A stretch of DNA of 64,000 bases, taken from an uncultured Poribacteria bacterium. GTDB lineage: Bacteria; Poribacteria; WGA-4E; WGA-3G. The notes under the pieces are model-generated. The model did no database searches. It was not told the DNA's origin and was given only the letters and a program-made list of their open reading frames with translations. The translations under genes and the position numbers were made by a program. Shown here piece by piece: positions 20,362 to 31,000 of the stretch; positions within the stretch are counted from its first letter, which is position 1, and each line of letters begins with the position of its first letter. The stretch covers positions 4,544,001-4,608,000 of the forward strand of contig OX638351.1 of NCBI GenBank assembly GCA_951813565.1, read 5' to 3'.

Positions 20362-20853
20362 ATGAGGCACGTATTCTTCAGTTTTGATTGGGACGATGTT
20401 TGGCGTGTTAATCAAGTTCGACACAGTTGGGTTGCGAAGGGGAGTTATACTGCAGCCGGTTTTGTTGACAGTGCCCAAATCGAAACGCTTAAAAGAAATA
20501 CCGATCTTGCTATTAAACGGTGGATAAATAAGCAGATAGATGGCACTTCTGTAACTTGTGTGCTAATTGGTAGTCATACCGCTGATAGCAAATGGGTTAA
20601 GTATGAAATTGTGCAAAGAATTGAAAAAGGGAATGGTTTGCTTGGAGTGTATATCCATAATGTAAAAGATAGACACGGGTGGACTTCTACAAAAGGCAAA
20701 AGTCCTTTTAGACAACCACCAATTAACTTCACACCTACTGATAAACCTAACCTTGTTTATCCTTGTTGTTCATACTATGATTGGGTTAATGATGATGGTT
20801 ATCAGAATCTCGGGAATTGGATAGAAAAAGCCTCTCAGCAAGCTGGTAGATAG
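20362..20853 (+). CDS. ThsB-like (MTH538/DUF1863) TIR-domain protein
   Basis: RHVFFSF, DVWRVNQVR, IKRWI..QIDGTSVTCVLIG, KWVKYEI (catalytic Glu), KGNGLLGVYIH, YDWV.DDGY.NL..WIE.A. Confidence 0.88.
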   Translation: MRHVFFSFDWDDVWRVNQVRHSWVAKGSYTAAGFVDSAQIETLKRNTDLAIKRWINKQIDGTSVTCVLIGSHTADSKWVKYEIVQRIEKGNGLLGVYIHNVKDRHGWTSTKGKSPFRQPPINFTPTDKPNLVYPCCSYYDWVNDDGYQNLGNWIEKASQQAGR

Positions 20854-20939
20854 TACATCCAGTTTCTTTCAATCCGTGATAATCCGAGATTCAGACAAAG
20901 TTGTTTTCGCAAACCTACCCAACCTGCCAAACTGATAAA

Positions 20940-20987
20940 TTGCAATGATGCAGTATTGCAATCTTGAAAGCTTGCAATACTGCAAGA
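20940..20987. repeat. Six degenerate 8-bp tandem units (TTGCAAtn) forming a palindrome
   Basis: ttgcaatg atgcagta ttgcaatc ttgaaagc ttgcaata ctgcaaga. Confidence 0.6.
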
Positions 20988-21222
20988 TGTTAGGAGGTTC
21001 CCTGCGTTACCTTGGCACAGCGATTAAACGCATCGTTTTTGTCATTGTAGAATCTGCTTGCATTATTGACAACCTCCCTGCCGAAATAACTGATGCGTAA
21101 ATATTGGTTGTGTTTATATTCCAGACAAAGTGCCGTCTCTAAACAAAAACTTGAGAAAACAAGCGAGAAGCCGTATAATTTAAAAAAGAAAACGCCAGGC
21201 CGGGCGCAAAGAAGATGCCATT

Positions 21223-22280
21223 ATGTTAGACATCAACGACATACTTGAGGCTTTAAAAACACGTGTTGAACAGTTTCCGGACCGAAGCGCGAAATGGTTA
21301 TTAGAAAACACAGAGAACCTCCGCGGGCTCCTTGAAATCATCGCCAGCGACATCGTTGAGTGCCTTGATTTTAGTAAGGTTGAGATCAAGAGTACCACTT
21401 TATCCCTGACAACCTGCGGGAACAAGAGTCTGACATGGTTTATCTTTTACCCTTCCGAGACAAGGATAACACCAGGGCGACATCGGAGGTGCTGGTCTAT
21501 ATTCTCCTGGAGCATCAATCCACAGTGGATCGGACGATGGGGTTCCGTCTGTTGTTTTATATGTGTCAGATATGGGACAGCCAACGCCGGGAGTGGCGAT
21601 TTCAACCGATCATCCCGATCATTTTTTATACCGGTGATCAGAAATGGGAGACGTTTCCTTCGCTGGAGACGTTGATGGACTTGCCGGAAGCACTCAACCG
21701 CTTTGTCCCGAAATTTGATTGCGCTTTTGCTTGATGTCAAGCGCGAGGCTGATGAGACGCTGCTGCAGTCCAATCATCCATTCGGGTGGTTACTGACGGT
21801 GCTGAAACAGGAAACCGCTGGGACAGAAGCGTTTATTGCGGCACTGCTGCGTCTCGGTAATTATCTGCGTGGCCTCCCGAGGCAGAGCGTTCGTTGTGGC
21901 AACAGACAATTTACTATCTTCACCTACTTATTTTCTACCGTCGTCCGATTGTTGAGCGGCCGGTGTTAGATCAAATAGTTTCTGAGAACCATCCGTTTTT
22001 GGACACATCAGAGAAGGAGAAACAACTCATGCAGAGCATGGCAGAACATTACTTACAACAAGGCGAAACGCGAGCCAAACGGGAAGATATTCTCAAACTC
22101 TTACAACTCCGATTTCACTATGTGCCCGAACCACTTGCTGAAATGATTCGCAGCCTCGATGACCGAAACTGGCTTGAGATGCTTTTTGAGAAAGCCGCCA
22201 CTACCCAAACGCTTGAGGAACTTCGGGCAGAAGTTGACGCACTTACCGAAGATGAAAACCATAATGAACACTCAGAATAA
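21223..22280 (+). pseudogene. Rpn/YhgA-like (transposase_31, PD-(D/E)xK) nuclease with three frameshifts
   Basis: Pieces join as TTFIPDNLREQESDMVYLLPF...ILLEHQS...RLLFY...PIIFYTG...; breaks near 21400, 21720 and 21877. Confidence 0.8.
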
Positions 22281-22429
22281 TACAGAGACAAAAACGACAC
22301 GTGGATTTATCACGCAGCGAAATATTTCTTTGGCAGGTCTCAGTCTATCCTTGCGTTTTAGCTACGCTTCTGGATGTGTCCAACATTGCAGCTTGGCTGC
22401 GGTTTAACTTTGGAATAACGGAGAAAAGA

Positions 22430-24826
22430 ATGTCCAATAAGGTAAATGAATTTCAAATTCTAAATGCAGATGATGCTGAATTGATGCGGACCAGTCGAGA
22501 AGGGACTTTATCGCTGAACTTGATTGAGATGCAGACAATTCAGTCTCATTTTACAACACTGCAACGCAACCCAACCGATGTGGAACTTGAGACTATAGCA
22601 CAAACATGGTCAGAGCATTGCGTTCACAAAACCTTTAAAAGCATTATTCTCTATTCTGAAGAGGGCAAGGAACCTGAGCAGATTGATGGCTTGTTTCCAA
22701 CCTACATTCAACGCGCTACTGAAGAGATAGACAAACCTTGGTGTGTCTCCGTCTTTTCAGACAATGCGGGTATCATCGAATTTGATGAGACGTTCAATCT
22801 CGTTTTCAAAGTAGAAACGCACAACCATCCTTCAGCAATTGAACCTTACGGTGGTGCAGGTACCGGCATTGGCGGCGTCATTAGAGATTCTCTCGGTACA
22901 GGACTCGGTGCAAAACCGATTCTGAATACCGATGTGTTTTGCTTTGGATTACCGGACACACCTTATGAGAAATTGCCGAAGGGAACACTTCACCCCAAAC
23001 GCGTATTCAAAGGTGTTGTTGCTGGTGTTCGTGATTACGGCAACCGAATGGGTATTCCTACAGCAAACGGGGCAATTCTATTTGATACGCGCTATACTGC
23101 AAATCCACTCGTCTTTTGTGGTAACGTCGGACTAATACCAAGAGATAGATGTGACAAATCCGTTGAACCCGGTGATTTAATTGTTGCTATCGGTGGACGT
23201 ACGGGGCGCGATGGGATTCACGGTGCCACCTTCTCATCAGCAGAGTTGGACGATACCTCTGAAAGCCTTGGCAGCGTTGTGCAGATCGGCAATCCGATTA
23301 TGGAGAAGAAAATTGTTGATGCCCTAATACAGGCACGCGATCGCAACCTGTACCGTTCCATAACAGACTGCGGCGCAGGCGGTTTTTCATCTGCTGTCGG
23401 TGAAATGGGTGAGGATACAGGCGCAGAGGTTCATCTTGAACGTGTCCCGCTGAAATACGAAGGATTGGCGCCGTGGGAAATTTGGTTATCTGAAGCACAA
23501 GAACGGATGGTCCTCGCTGTTCCACCTGAAAATCTTGACAAACTGATGGAAATCTGTGAGGCAGAGATGGTTGAGGCAACAGTGCTTGGCAGTTTTACAA
23601 ATACTCACAGATTACAGGTTTTTTACGAAGGCGCAGTAGTTGCGGATTTAGATATGGAATTTCTGCACAAAGGCTTACCACAACACGTTAAAAAAGCGAC
23701 TTGGCAACCGTCACAACATCAAGAAATGCAATCGCGAGACAGCCAAACCGAAAACTACGCCGAAGACTTGTGTCGACTCCTTGCCAGTCCAAACATCGCC
23801 AGTAAAGAATCTGTCATCCGTCAGTACGACCACGAGGTACAAGGGGGTATTGTTATCAAACCTCTCGTAGGTGTCGAAAATGATGGACCAAGCGATGCGT
23901 GTGTCACGACACCGGTTATAGGGAGTGAGAAAGCGGTCATCGTTGCAAACGGCATCAACCCGAAATATAGCGATGTTGATGCGTATATTAGCGCAGCATC
24001 AGCAATTGATGAAGCACTTCGAAACATAGTTGCAGTTGGCGGAACACTTGAAAAAACGGCTTTATTAGACAATTTCTGTTGGGGCAATCCTGATAAACCT
24101 GACAGGCTTGGCGCGTTAGTGCGTGCAGCGAAGGCGTGCTACGACATTGCTACCGCTTACGGTACCCCCTTCATATCAGGAAAAGATAGTCTTTACAACG
24201 AATACCGTGATACAACAACAGGCGAGCAACGCGCAATTCCTTCAACGCTCCTTATATCCGCAATCTGTGTTATGCCGGACATTCGCAACGCGGTTACAAT
24301 GGATGTGAAATCTCCGGGCAATTTCATCTATGTCGTTGGCAACACTTATGCTGAATTGGGTGGTTCACATTATTTTGGTATCCATGACTTTATCGGTAAC
24401 ACTGCTCCAGTTGTCCGTCCAGACGAAGGAAAGTTAACGATGAATACACTCAGTGCTGCCATTAAGGGTGGATTAGTGCGTTCTTGCCACGACTGCTCTG
24501 AAGGCGGTATAGGCGTTGCAGCAGCGGAGATGGCTTTTTCAGGTGGATACGGCATGTCACTAAATCTCAGCACCGTGCCTACCGGAGAAGAAATTACTTT
24601 TGATGATTTTCTGCTATTCTCTGAGTCGAATAGTCGTTTTCTCGTTGAAATTGAACCGAAACACCAAGTGGCTTTTGAAAATTACATAGATGGCGTGCCG
24701 ATAGGTTGCCTCGGTGCTGTTACAAAAACACCAGAATTTGTCATCAATGGATTAACAGGTAAACGCGTTGTAGAAAGTTCAATTGATACGCTAAAATCTG
24801 CATGGCAAACACCATTGCATTCATAA
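22430..24826 (+). CDS. purL: Phosphoribosylformylglycinamidine synthase subunit PurL
   Basis: QTWSEHCVHK, KVETHNHPSAIEPYGGAGTG, TGRDGIHGATFSS, DCGAGG, SEAQERM, QYDHEV; GGAG RBS before ATG 22430. Confidence 0.96.
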   Translation: MSNKVNEFQILNADDAELMRTSREGTLSLNLIEMQTIQSHFTTLQRNPTDVELETIAQTWSEHCVHKTFKSIILYSEEGKEPEQIDGLFPTYIQRATEEIDKPWCVSVFSDNAGIIEFDETFNLVFKVETHNHPSAIEPYGGAGTGIGGVIRDSLGTGLGAKPILNTDVFCFGLPDTPYEKLPKGTLHPKRVFKGVVAGVRDYGNRMGIPTANGAILFDTRYTANPLVFCGNVGLIPRDRCDKSVEPGDLIVAIGGRTGRDGIHGATFSSAELDDTSESLGSVVQIGNPIMEKKIVDALIQARDRNLYRSITDCGAGGFSSAVGEMGEDTGAEVHLERVPLKYEGLAPWEIWLSEAQERMVLAVPPENLDKLMEICEAEMVEATVLGSFTNTHRLQVFYEGAVVADLDMEFLHKGLPQHVKKATWQPSQHQEMQSRDSQTENYAEDLCRLLASPNIASKESVIRQYDHEVQGGIVIKPLVGVENDGPSDACVTTPVIGSEKAVIVANGINPKYSDVDAYISAASAIDEALRNIVAVGGTLEKTALLDNFCWGNPDKPDRLGALVRAAKACYDIATAYGTPFISGKDSLYNEYRDTTTGEQRAIPSTLLISAICVMPDIRNAVTMDVKSPGNFIYVVGNTYAELGGSHYFGIHDFIGNTAPVVRPDEGKLTMNTLSAAIKGGLVRSCHDCSEGGIGVAAAEMAFSGGYGMSLNLSTVPTGEEITFDDFLLFSESNSRFLVEIEPKHQVAFENYIDGVPIGCLGAVTKTPEFVINGLTGKRVVESSIDTLKSAWQTPLHS

Positions 24827-24899
24827 CTTTTTAACGATCCATGTGTTTTACTTATTAAGATTGCACAAACTGGAAAGTTTATGCTACAGGGAGATAATT

Positions 24900-25700
24900 G
24901 TGAAACCGAAGGTACTTATCTTACGAACAGCAGGCACAAACTGCGATGCTGAAACAGATGTAGCATTTCAACTCGCAGGGGCAGAAACTTCGTTAATCCA
25001 CATTCAAAACCTCATATTTGGCAAGACAAACCTATCCGATTATCAGATTCTTGCTATTCCGGGCGGCTTCTCTTATGGCGATGATATTGCCGCCGGTATT
25101 CTGCTTGCTGTAGAGATGAAACATAAGCTGAGAAACACTCTCAATCAGTTTGTTGCTGACAATAAGCTAATAATTGGAATATGTAACGGGTTTCAGGTGC
25201 TTGTACGGACAGGGTTGTTGCCAGGGGCAGATAACGGCAATACAACAATCACCCAGCGTACCACTTTAGCAATGAACACATCAGCAAAATTTGAATGTAG
25301 ATGGGTTGAATTGGACACACAACAGAGTCCTTGTGTCTTTACAAAAGGTATCAAATCACACCTCTATCTCCCAGTAGCACATGCCGAAGGTAGATTTACT
25401 GCACCATCTGACGTATTGGAAGAATTAGAGTCGAACAACCAAATTGTATTCCGATATGGAAATATAAAGCAATCATCTTCAGACAAAACCGGGTACCCAC
25501 ACAACCCCAACGGTTCTGATGCGGATATTGCAGGCATCTGTGATGTAACAGGGAGAATTTTCGGCTTAATGCCTCATCCTGAACGCTTTTTAACAAAATA
25601 CAACCATCCCCGTTGGACACGAGAAGACCTACCTGAAGAAGGTGACGGGCTCGCGATTTTCAAAAACGCTGTTAATTACGCGAAAGCGAATTTTTCATGA
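24900..25700 (+). CDS. purQ: FGAM synthase glutaminase subunit PurQ
   Basis: GTNCD, PGGFSYGD, GICNGFQ, AHAEG, NPNGS, GLMPHPER; GTG start at 24900. Confidence 0.96.
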   Translation: MKPKVLILRTAGTNCDAETDVAFQLAGAETSLIHIQNLIFGKTNLSDYQILAIPGGFSYGDDIAAGILLAVEMKHKLRNTLNQFVADNKLIIGICNGFQVLVRTGLLPGADNGNTTITQRTTLAMNTSAKFECRWVELDTQQSPCVFTKGIKSHLYLPVAHAEGRFTAPSDVLEELESNNQIVFRYGNIKQSSSDKTGYPHNPNGSDADIAGICDVTGRIFGLMPHPERFLTKYNHPRWTREDLPEEGDGLAIFKNAVNYAKANFS

Positions 25701-26131
25701 ATAATAAATTGTCGCGCCGGCTACTCCCCTTCTATATGAAATTGCCTGTCTTTTGGGCATTTATCATCGTTACATTTTTGGGGCAGGTGTTATGGGTCGC
25801 AACGATTTCTAAATTTCCGTGGATTGATCTGCGCTGGTCAAATTTCGGATATGCTTTCGGTATCGTACTTGGGTTTATGCAAGGTAAATGGACGTCACGA
25901 CTTTGGGAGAAGTCTTATCTACAAGTCTTAAGACGGGAGATAACTTTCTGGCAAGCAAAAGGCGCGAAAAGTTTGACATATTTTACTTGTTTCGCCCTTG
26001 GCTTACCAGTCGCTGGGATTATCTTAATTAGATCGATGGCTCAGTTAGCAGGAATACAATCTTACGTTTTTGGTTTCGTGGGTGGCATGAATGTTGCATT
26101 GCTGTTGTGGGTGCGGCGTATCCCAAAATGA
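25697..26131 (+). CDS. Four-TM hypothetical membrane protein
   Basis: ATGA overlap with purQ; hydrophobic segments. Confidence 0.7.
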   Translation: MNNKLSRRLLPFYMKLPVFWAFIIVTFLGQVLWVATISKFPWIDLRWSNFGYAFGIVLGFMQGKWTSRLWEKSYLQVLRREITFWQAKGAKSLTYFTCFALGLPVAGIILIRSMAQLAGIQSYVFGFVGGMNVALLLWVRRIPK

Positions 26132-26343
26132 ATTTAAATCGGATTTATGCAATAGTGTAAATCTCATATTGTATTGATGATAAACTCTTATGAGCAAGTT
26201 AGATGCTATCTTGGATGGAAGGCGATTTTCTTGACTTTTTTGAAAAATATGTTATGATATCATCAACAATTGATATGTACTGAAAACGTTGTCAATACTC
26301 AATTTTAATATATACACTAATAACGACCTATAAGAGTGTTCAA

Positions 26344-27012
26344 ATGTTTTATCGAATCACCTTTTTGCTGATATTTTTCAGTTTTGCAGTTTTTATGGTA
26401 GGGTGTCATATTTTGCTTACAGAACAAGAATGGAGCGAAAACTACGCGTTGATGGAAGGTGTCAATTCATCCAGTCCGCAAATGATTGATGGAGATCTCA
26501 ACACCGTCGGTGAGACAAAGACTATTGGACAACGCTACATGTATGGATCAAGTTGGGGATCCGCTGTTTCAATCAAGTTACCAGAAAAAAAGAACATCAG
26601 ACGGATCGTTATCCATACAGAGAATATCAAAAAGCTTAACATCTACGCAGATAAAGGTGGTAGTGCTCTTTCTGAAACTGACTGGGAATTAATAAAAGAG
26701 ATAAAATCTGTCAAGTCATATCCTATTGTGATTCCTTTCTTATACGCTTTTCCGACAGATCATATTCGAATTGTAGTTACAGACTTAACAGATGAAGGTG
26801 CCAACAGACGAAAAGAAAAGGCGGAGTTTTACCGAGGCACTACGCCGATGGAAAGAGGAACGTACGGTTTTGCCGGTGGCAGGAGATTTTATTCCAGTTA
26901 CCAAGCCAGAATCAACGAAATTGAGATTTATGGCTATAAATCTGCTGAAGAAACGGCAGCTGCAAAATCTGATACACAACGTGAAGATGAACTTAATACG
27001 ATATTGGAATAG
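26344..27012 (+). CDS. Lipoprotein with discoidin (F5/8 type C)-like fold
   Basis: Lipobox-like MVGC; MIDGDLNT and RINEIEIYG motifs. Confidence 0.65.
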   Translation: MFYRITFLLIFFSFAVFMVGCHILLTEQEWSENYALMEGVNSSSPQMIDGDLNTVGETKTIGQRYMYGSSWGSAVSIKLPEKKNIRRIVIHTENIKKLNIYADKGGSALSETDWELIKEIKSVKSYPIVIPFLYAFPTDHIRIVVTDLTDEGANRRKEKAEFYRGTTPMERGTYGFAGGRRFYSSYQARINEIEIYGYKSAEETAAAKSDTQREDELNTILE

Positions 27013-27071
27013 GATAGAACATTTTTTGACATTGGTTTGCAATTCAAGTTTAAACTATGCAGGGTAGAACC

Positions 27072-27566
27072 ATGAAGTATTTCGCCTATGGCTCAAATCT
27101 CAATATCAAACACATGCAGTGGCGATGTCAAAACGCTGTTCCCCTCGGTGCATATACGCTTCAGGGCTACCAACTCGTTTTTCGGTACTACGCTGATTTA
27201 ATGCCAGCTCAAGACAAGTCCGTTAAGGGAGGACTCTGGGAAATTTCGCCGGAGGATGAGAAATTGCTTGACAGATATGAGGGGTACCCATCTTTATATG
27301 AAAAATACTATGATGGCGACATCATGTTTTACCGGATGCTTGACAATGCACGGGACATAGAATTGCCAGGACTCGGTTATCTTGAAGGTATGTTGGAAGG
27401 GATGGAGAACTTTGGACTCTCACCACTTGAAGACTTAAATAGAAATCTTGGGAAATCACCGACCCAGGACCTCGTCAAAAAAGGTGACTTACTCCAGCAT
27501 GCAATGCGTCTTATTGCTGATGCGATGGACATAAAACTCTTAGACGAAGATTCAGGCACCATTTGA
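27072..27566 (+). CDS. Gamma-glutamylcyclotransferase (AIG2-like) family protein
   Basis: YFAYGSNL, VKGGLWEI, LDRYEGYP. Confidence 0.85.
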   Translation: MKYFAYGSNLNIKHMQWRCQNAVPLGAYTLQGYQLVFRYYADLMPAQDKSVKGGLWEISPEDEKLLDRYEGYPSLYEKYYDGDIMFYRMLDNARDIELPGLGYLEGMLEGMENFGLSPLEDLNRNLGKSPTQDLVKKGDLLQHAMRLIADAMDIKLLDEDSGTI

Positions 27567-27601
27567 CTCCCAACCTTATTCTCAATATTGAATAACTTTT
27601 A

Positions 27602-27711
27602 TAGTAAACTTCACAATTACCTTTACATTGGCGAGGTTAGGAAACCTCGCCAGCACAAGCGTGTGTGGATTGCTGTTCATTGAAATGTGAACATATTTTC
27701 GGATTTTACTA
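27602..27711. mobile_element. MITE family C, second copy
   Basis: 110 bp, TA-flanked, near reverse complement of 3126-3235. Confidence 0.85.
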
Positions 27712-27718
27712 TAAACAG

Positions 27719-27747
27719 AAAGTCGTTGCTTCATCAGCAACGACTTT
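27719..27747. terminator. Probable bidirectional terminator between convergent genes
   Basis: aaagtcgttgct-tcatc-agcaacgacttt 12-bp stem. Confidence 0.65.
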
Positions 27748-27773
27748 AGTTATTATTTGTAAATTACATCTAC

Positions 27774-28721
27774 TTAGAGAATAGTCAATTCATCCTCCTC
27801 TGCACTCTCCTGCAGCACTGTGTTTAATTCGTTTGCGACAGCACCAAAAGCTGCGGATTGTGGTGACGCTGGATGCCCTGCGACTATCGGCACACCTAAA
27901 TCACCTGCCGTGCAAACTTCTGCGTCAAGTGGAATTTCTCCCAAAAAAGCTACACCGAACCGTTCACTTGTATTTTTACCGCCATCTGCTCTGAAAATCT
28001 CCGTTTTTTCATTACAGTGTGGACAAAGAAAATAACTCATATTTTCAATAATTCCCAAAATCGGTACGCCGAGACGTTCAAACATAGCAACCCCACGTCG
28101 CACATCTGCCAAAGCGACATCTTGTGGCGTCGTGACAATAACCGCACCTGTAAGTGGAATTGCCTGCGTTAAGGTAAGTGCAACATCTCCTGTACCGGGA
28201 GGTAGATCAATAATGAGATAATCCAATTCACCCCAATCTACATCGCTCAGAAATTGGCGGATTGCACTGTGCAGCATCGGTCCGCGCCAAATCATCGCTT
28301 GTTCTTCAGGCACCATAAACCCAATTGACATCAGTTTAATGTCGTGTCGCACGAGGGGGATGAGTTTTCGCTCTGGACTGGTGAGTGGTTTGTCTTGAAT
28401 ACCCATCATTGTAGGAATACTGGGTCCATAAGCGTCAGCATCCATCAATCCAACTGCGGCACCAATCTTTGCAAGCGAAATCGCCAAATTTGTAGCAACG
28501 GTTGACTTGCCAACACCACCTTTTCCACTTGCAACTGCAATTTTATACTTTATATTTGGTAATGTTATGTTCTGTTGCGGGGCTTGTTGCTGTTGAGGAT
28601 TGGGTTGCTGCGTGCGCTTGCCAGAAACTTCAGAACCGCTGATAACCTTCAATTGAGGATGTGATTGTGTTGTCGAATTAGGTGTTTCTTTATTTTTTTC
28701 ACCTTTTTTTAAAAATTTCAA
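27774..28721 (-). CDS. mrp: Mrp/NBP35 (ApbC) Fe-S cluster carrier ATPase
   Basis: ASGKGGVGKST, IWRGPM, DLPPGTGD, ENMSYFLCPHC. Confidence 0.93.
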   Translation of the reverse strand: MKFLKKGEKNKETPNSTTQSHPQLKVISGSEVSGKRTQQPNPQQQQAPQQNITLPNIKYKIAVASGKGGVGKSTVATNLAISLAKIGAAVGLMDADAYGPSIPTMMGIQDKPLTSPERKLIPLVRHDIKLMSIGFMVPEEQAMIWRGPMLHSAIRQFLSDVDWGELDYLIIDLPPGTGDVALTLTQAIPLTGAVIVTTPQDVALADVRRGVAMFERLGVPILGIIENMSYFLCPHCNEKTEIFRADGGKNTSERFGVAFLGEIPLDAEVCTAGDLGVPIVAGHPASPQSAAFGAVANELNTVLQESAEEDELTIL

Positions 28722-28899
28722 CGTCTTTTCTCCTTATCTAAAATCTCTTTACATAATAATGCCATAAAAAGCTGCGATTTGCCAATCTTTTTTGAATCTG
28801 TTGATTTGTTAATGCTTTAATATTTATTTTTTATGTTACCATTTTTTTATAAAATCCTATATAATATCCAGCAAATTGCAAGTTCCGAAAGGAAATATA

Positions 28900-29565
28900 A
28901 TGAATATACTTATGTTACGCCATTCTGCTGGTTTCGAACATAGTTACTTACCGAATGCCGAGGTAGCTCTGAAAGAAATCGGTGCAGCAAACGGCTGGAG
29001 AGTTGTAACAACGCATCGCTGTGACCGAATCACCGAAGATAATTTAGCAAAACAGGACATTGTCGCATTTGCAACAACAGGAAATTTACCGTTTGATGAT
29101 TCCCAAAAAGAGGCACTGCTTAATTTTATTCGCAACGGCAAAGGCTTCTTCGGAATCCACAACGCTACCGATACCTTCTACGATTGGCCGGAATATGGCG
29201 AAATGCTTGGAGGCTATTTTAACGGACATCCGTGGCACGAAGAGGTTAACGTCATTGTTGAAGATACGAATCACCCCGCAACTCGGATGCTCGGTGAAAG
29301 TTTCAAGGTCGTTGATGAAATTTACACGTTCAAAAGTTGGTCGCGCGAGAAGACACATGTCCTAATGCGTTTGGACAACGATTCAATTGATGTTTCTCGT
29401 GGCAACCGAGATGATGATGACTATGCGCTCGGATGGTGTCATACCTACGGTGAGGGTCGTGTCATGTATACTGCACTCGGTCATCCAGATGGGTTATGGA
29501 GTCAACCCTGGTTCCACGACCACATTGTTGGATGTATCAAGTGGGCAGGTGGTTTAGAAAATTAA
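28900..29565 (+). CDS. ThuA-like domain protein
   Basis: SAGFEHS, GKGFFGIHNATDT, GGYFNGHP, DEIY, GRVMYTALGH. Confidence 0.88.
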   Translation: MNILMLRHSAGFEHSYLPNAEVALKEIGAANGWRVVTTHRCDRITEDNLAKQDIVAFATTGNLPFDDSQKEALLNFIRNGKGFFGIHNATDTFYDWPEYGEMLGGYFNGHPWHEEVNVIVEDTNHPATRMLGESFKVVDEIYTFKSWSREKTHVLMRLDNDSIDVSRGNRDDDDYALGWCHTYGEGRVMYTALGHPDGLWSQPWFHDHIVGCIKWAGGLEN

Positions 29566-29631
29566 TTGATACAAATTTCAGGTAGGCGCGCTTTCTAAGC
29601 GCGCCTATATTCTTGTGGAGGTTCCGTTATA

Positions 29632-30633
29632 TTAATGTTTTATCAACCCCGTTGCCCGCAGAAGCGTTTCCTGAACTAATAATTCATGTGATATAGGTCT
29701 ATCAGGCGGCTGCGTGCCAGCAATAGTTGCCAAAAAAGCATCTAACTCTAATTCATACAACCGTTGACGACTCTCACCATCTATCTCAACAATCTGTTCA
29801 CCCTGTGAATATCCTTCCTTAGCACTTTGTAAACAGAGCCGAATCGTATGTCCCGGCTCAAACGGTTCAACGATAATAGCACTGCCTTCAGTGCCATAAA
29901 CTTCAAACCGTCGTGCCATTGGACGCGGTTCCAAAGCAGAAATCGAGATAAATGCCATGCCCTTTTCGAATTCATAGACAGTAAGCGTGTTATCTTTAAA
30001 AGGTTCCACTGACCCTCCATCGTTGCGTAGAAAACCGGTAACTTTTTCAGGTCTGCCCAACATCCACACAATTTGATCCAGCACATGTCCACCTAAATCA
30101 AAAAAGATACCGCCAATGTGCTGACTAATCCGTGTGCGCGCTTCCTTGGATATATTAGTGGACATATGCGCGCGAACTGAGAACACGTTTCCGAGGAATC
30201 CTGATCTTGCCCATCCGGTCACCTGTTTAAAACTGGAATGATACCGCAGCATATACCCCATCTGAACCAATAGCGATTTTTCTTTCGCTGTGTTAATAAC
30301 ACGCTGCCACTGCTCCCAGTTTTCACCTGCGGGTTTATCGTACCACACGTGTTTACCAGCATTAACAATTTCTTCTGTCTGATCTAAACTTTCTGCATTG
30401 TTCCCCTCAGATGCAACAGCGACAATCGTATTATCTTCTAATATCTCCGCTGCATCTGAAAACCAGTGGATGTCGTTGAACCCACCGCCATTCGCGTGAA
30501 GTTGTGCACGCCGCTCTTTATCAGGTTCAAATACACCCGCTACCTCAACATCGGGATTAACAAGCATCGCTTGCAGCTTTCCGCGTGCGTGTCCATGTTT
30601 AGTCCCGTATTGTGCCATCCGTATTTTCGCCAT
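29632..30633 (-). CDS. Gfo/Idh/MocA oxidoreductase
   Basis: AGKHVWYDKP, GYMLRY, GGIFFDLGGHVLD, EVYGTEG. Confidence 0.9.
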   Translation of the reverse strand: MAKIRMAQYGTKHGHARGKLQAMLVNPDVEVAGVFEPDKERRAQLHANGGGFNDIHWFSDAAEILEDNTIVAVASEGNNAESLDQTEEIVNAGKHVWYDKPAGENWEQWQRVINTAKEKSLLVQMGYMLRYHSSFKQVTGWARSGFLGNVFSVRAHMSTNISKEARTRISQHIGGIFFDLGGHVLDQIVWMLGRPEKVTGFLRNDGGSVEPFKDNTLTVYEFEKGMAFISISALEPRPMARRFEVYGTEGSAIIVEPFEPGHTIRLCLQSAKEGYSQGEQIVEIDGESRQRLYELELDAFLATIAGTQPPDRPISHELLVQETLLRATGLIKH

Positions 30634-30784
30634 AAATTCTCCTCCGCAATTCAAAAACATTTGGTCTCTTTATTGTATATACCTCTTGTCGAATGTCAAG
30701 AAAAATATAGGATTGAAAAAGGTGGGTGTGTAAATATTTTGTTACATTGGTTCAATTTTCGAAGAATCTTTTGCGTTTTCAACT

Positions 30785-30859
30785 GTAGGGCGGGGTCCCT
30801 GTGCCCCGCCATTGCATAGGATGTGCCAAGCAACGAACGGGCACAGGGACCCGCCCTTA
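30785..30859. repeat. Inverted REP doublet (REPIN-like)
   Basis: gtagggcggggtccctgtgccc ... gggcacagggacccgccctta. Confidence 0.7.
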
Positions 30860-31000
30860 TAATAAGAGTTGGACAGTTCTTGTCAAAAACTTTCGCAATA
30901 AGTAGTTTTGGACTTGCAACAAAATTTTAAAAATCGCTCTAAATCCTTGTGTAGACTACATTTTTCGATTGTTTTAATTGTGAAAATATGATACAATTTA

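Noticed and set aside
22301..22429. N-terminal extension of PurL, or a hidden purS
   Set aside because: No PurS-like motifs; the RBS supports ATG 22430.
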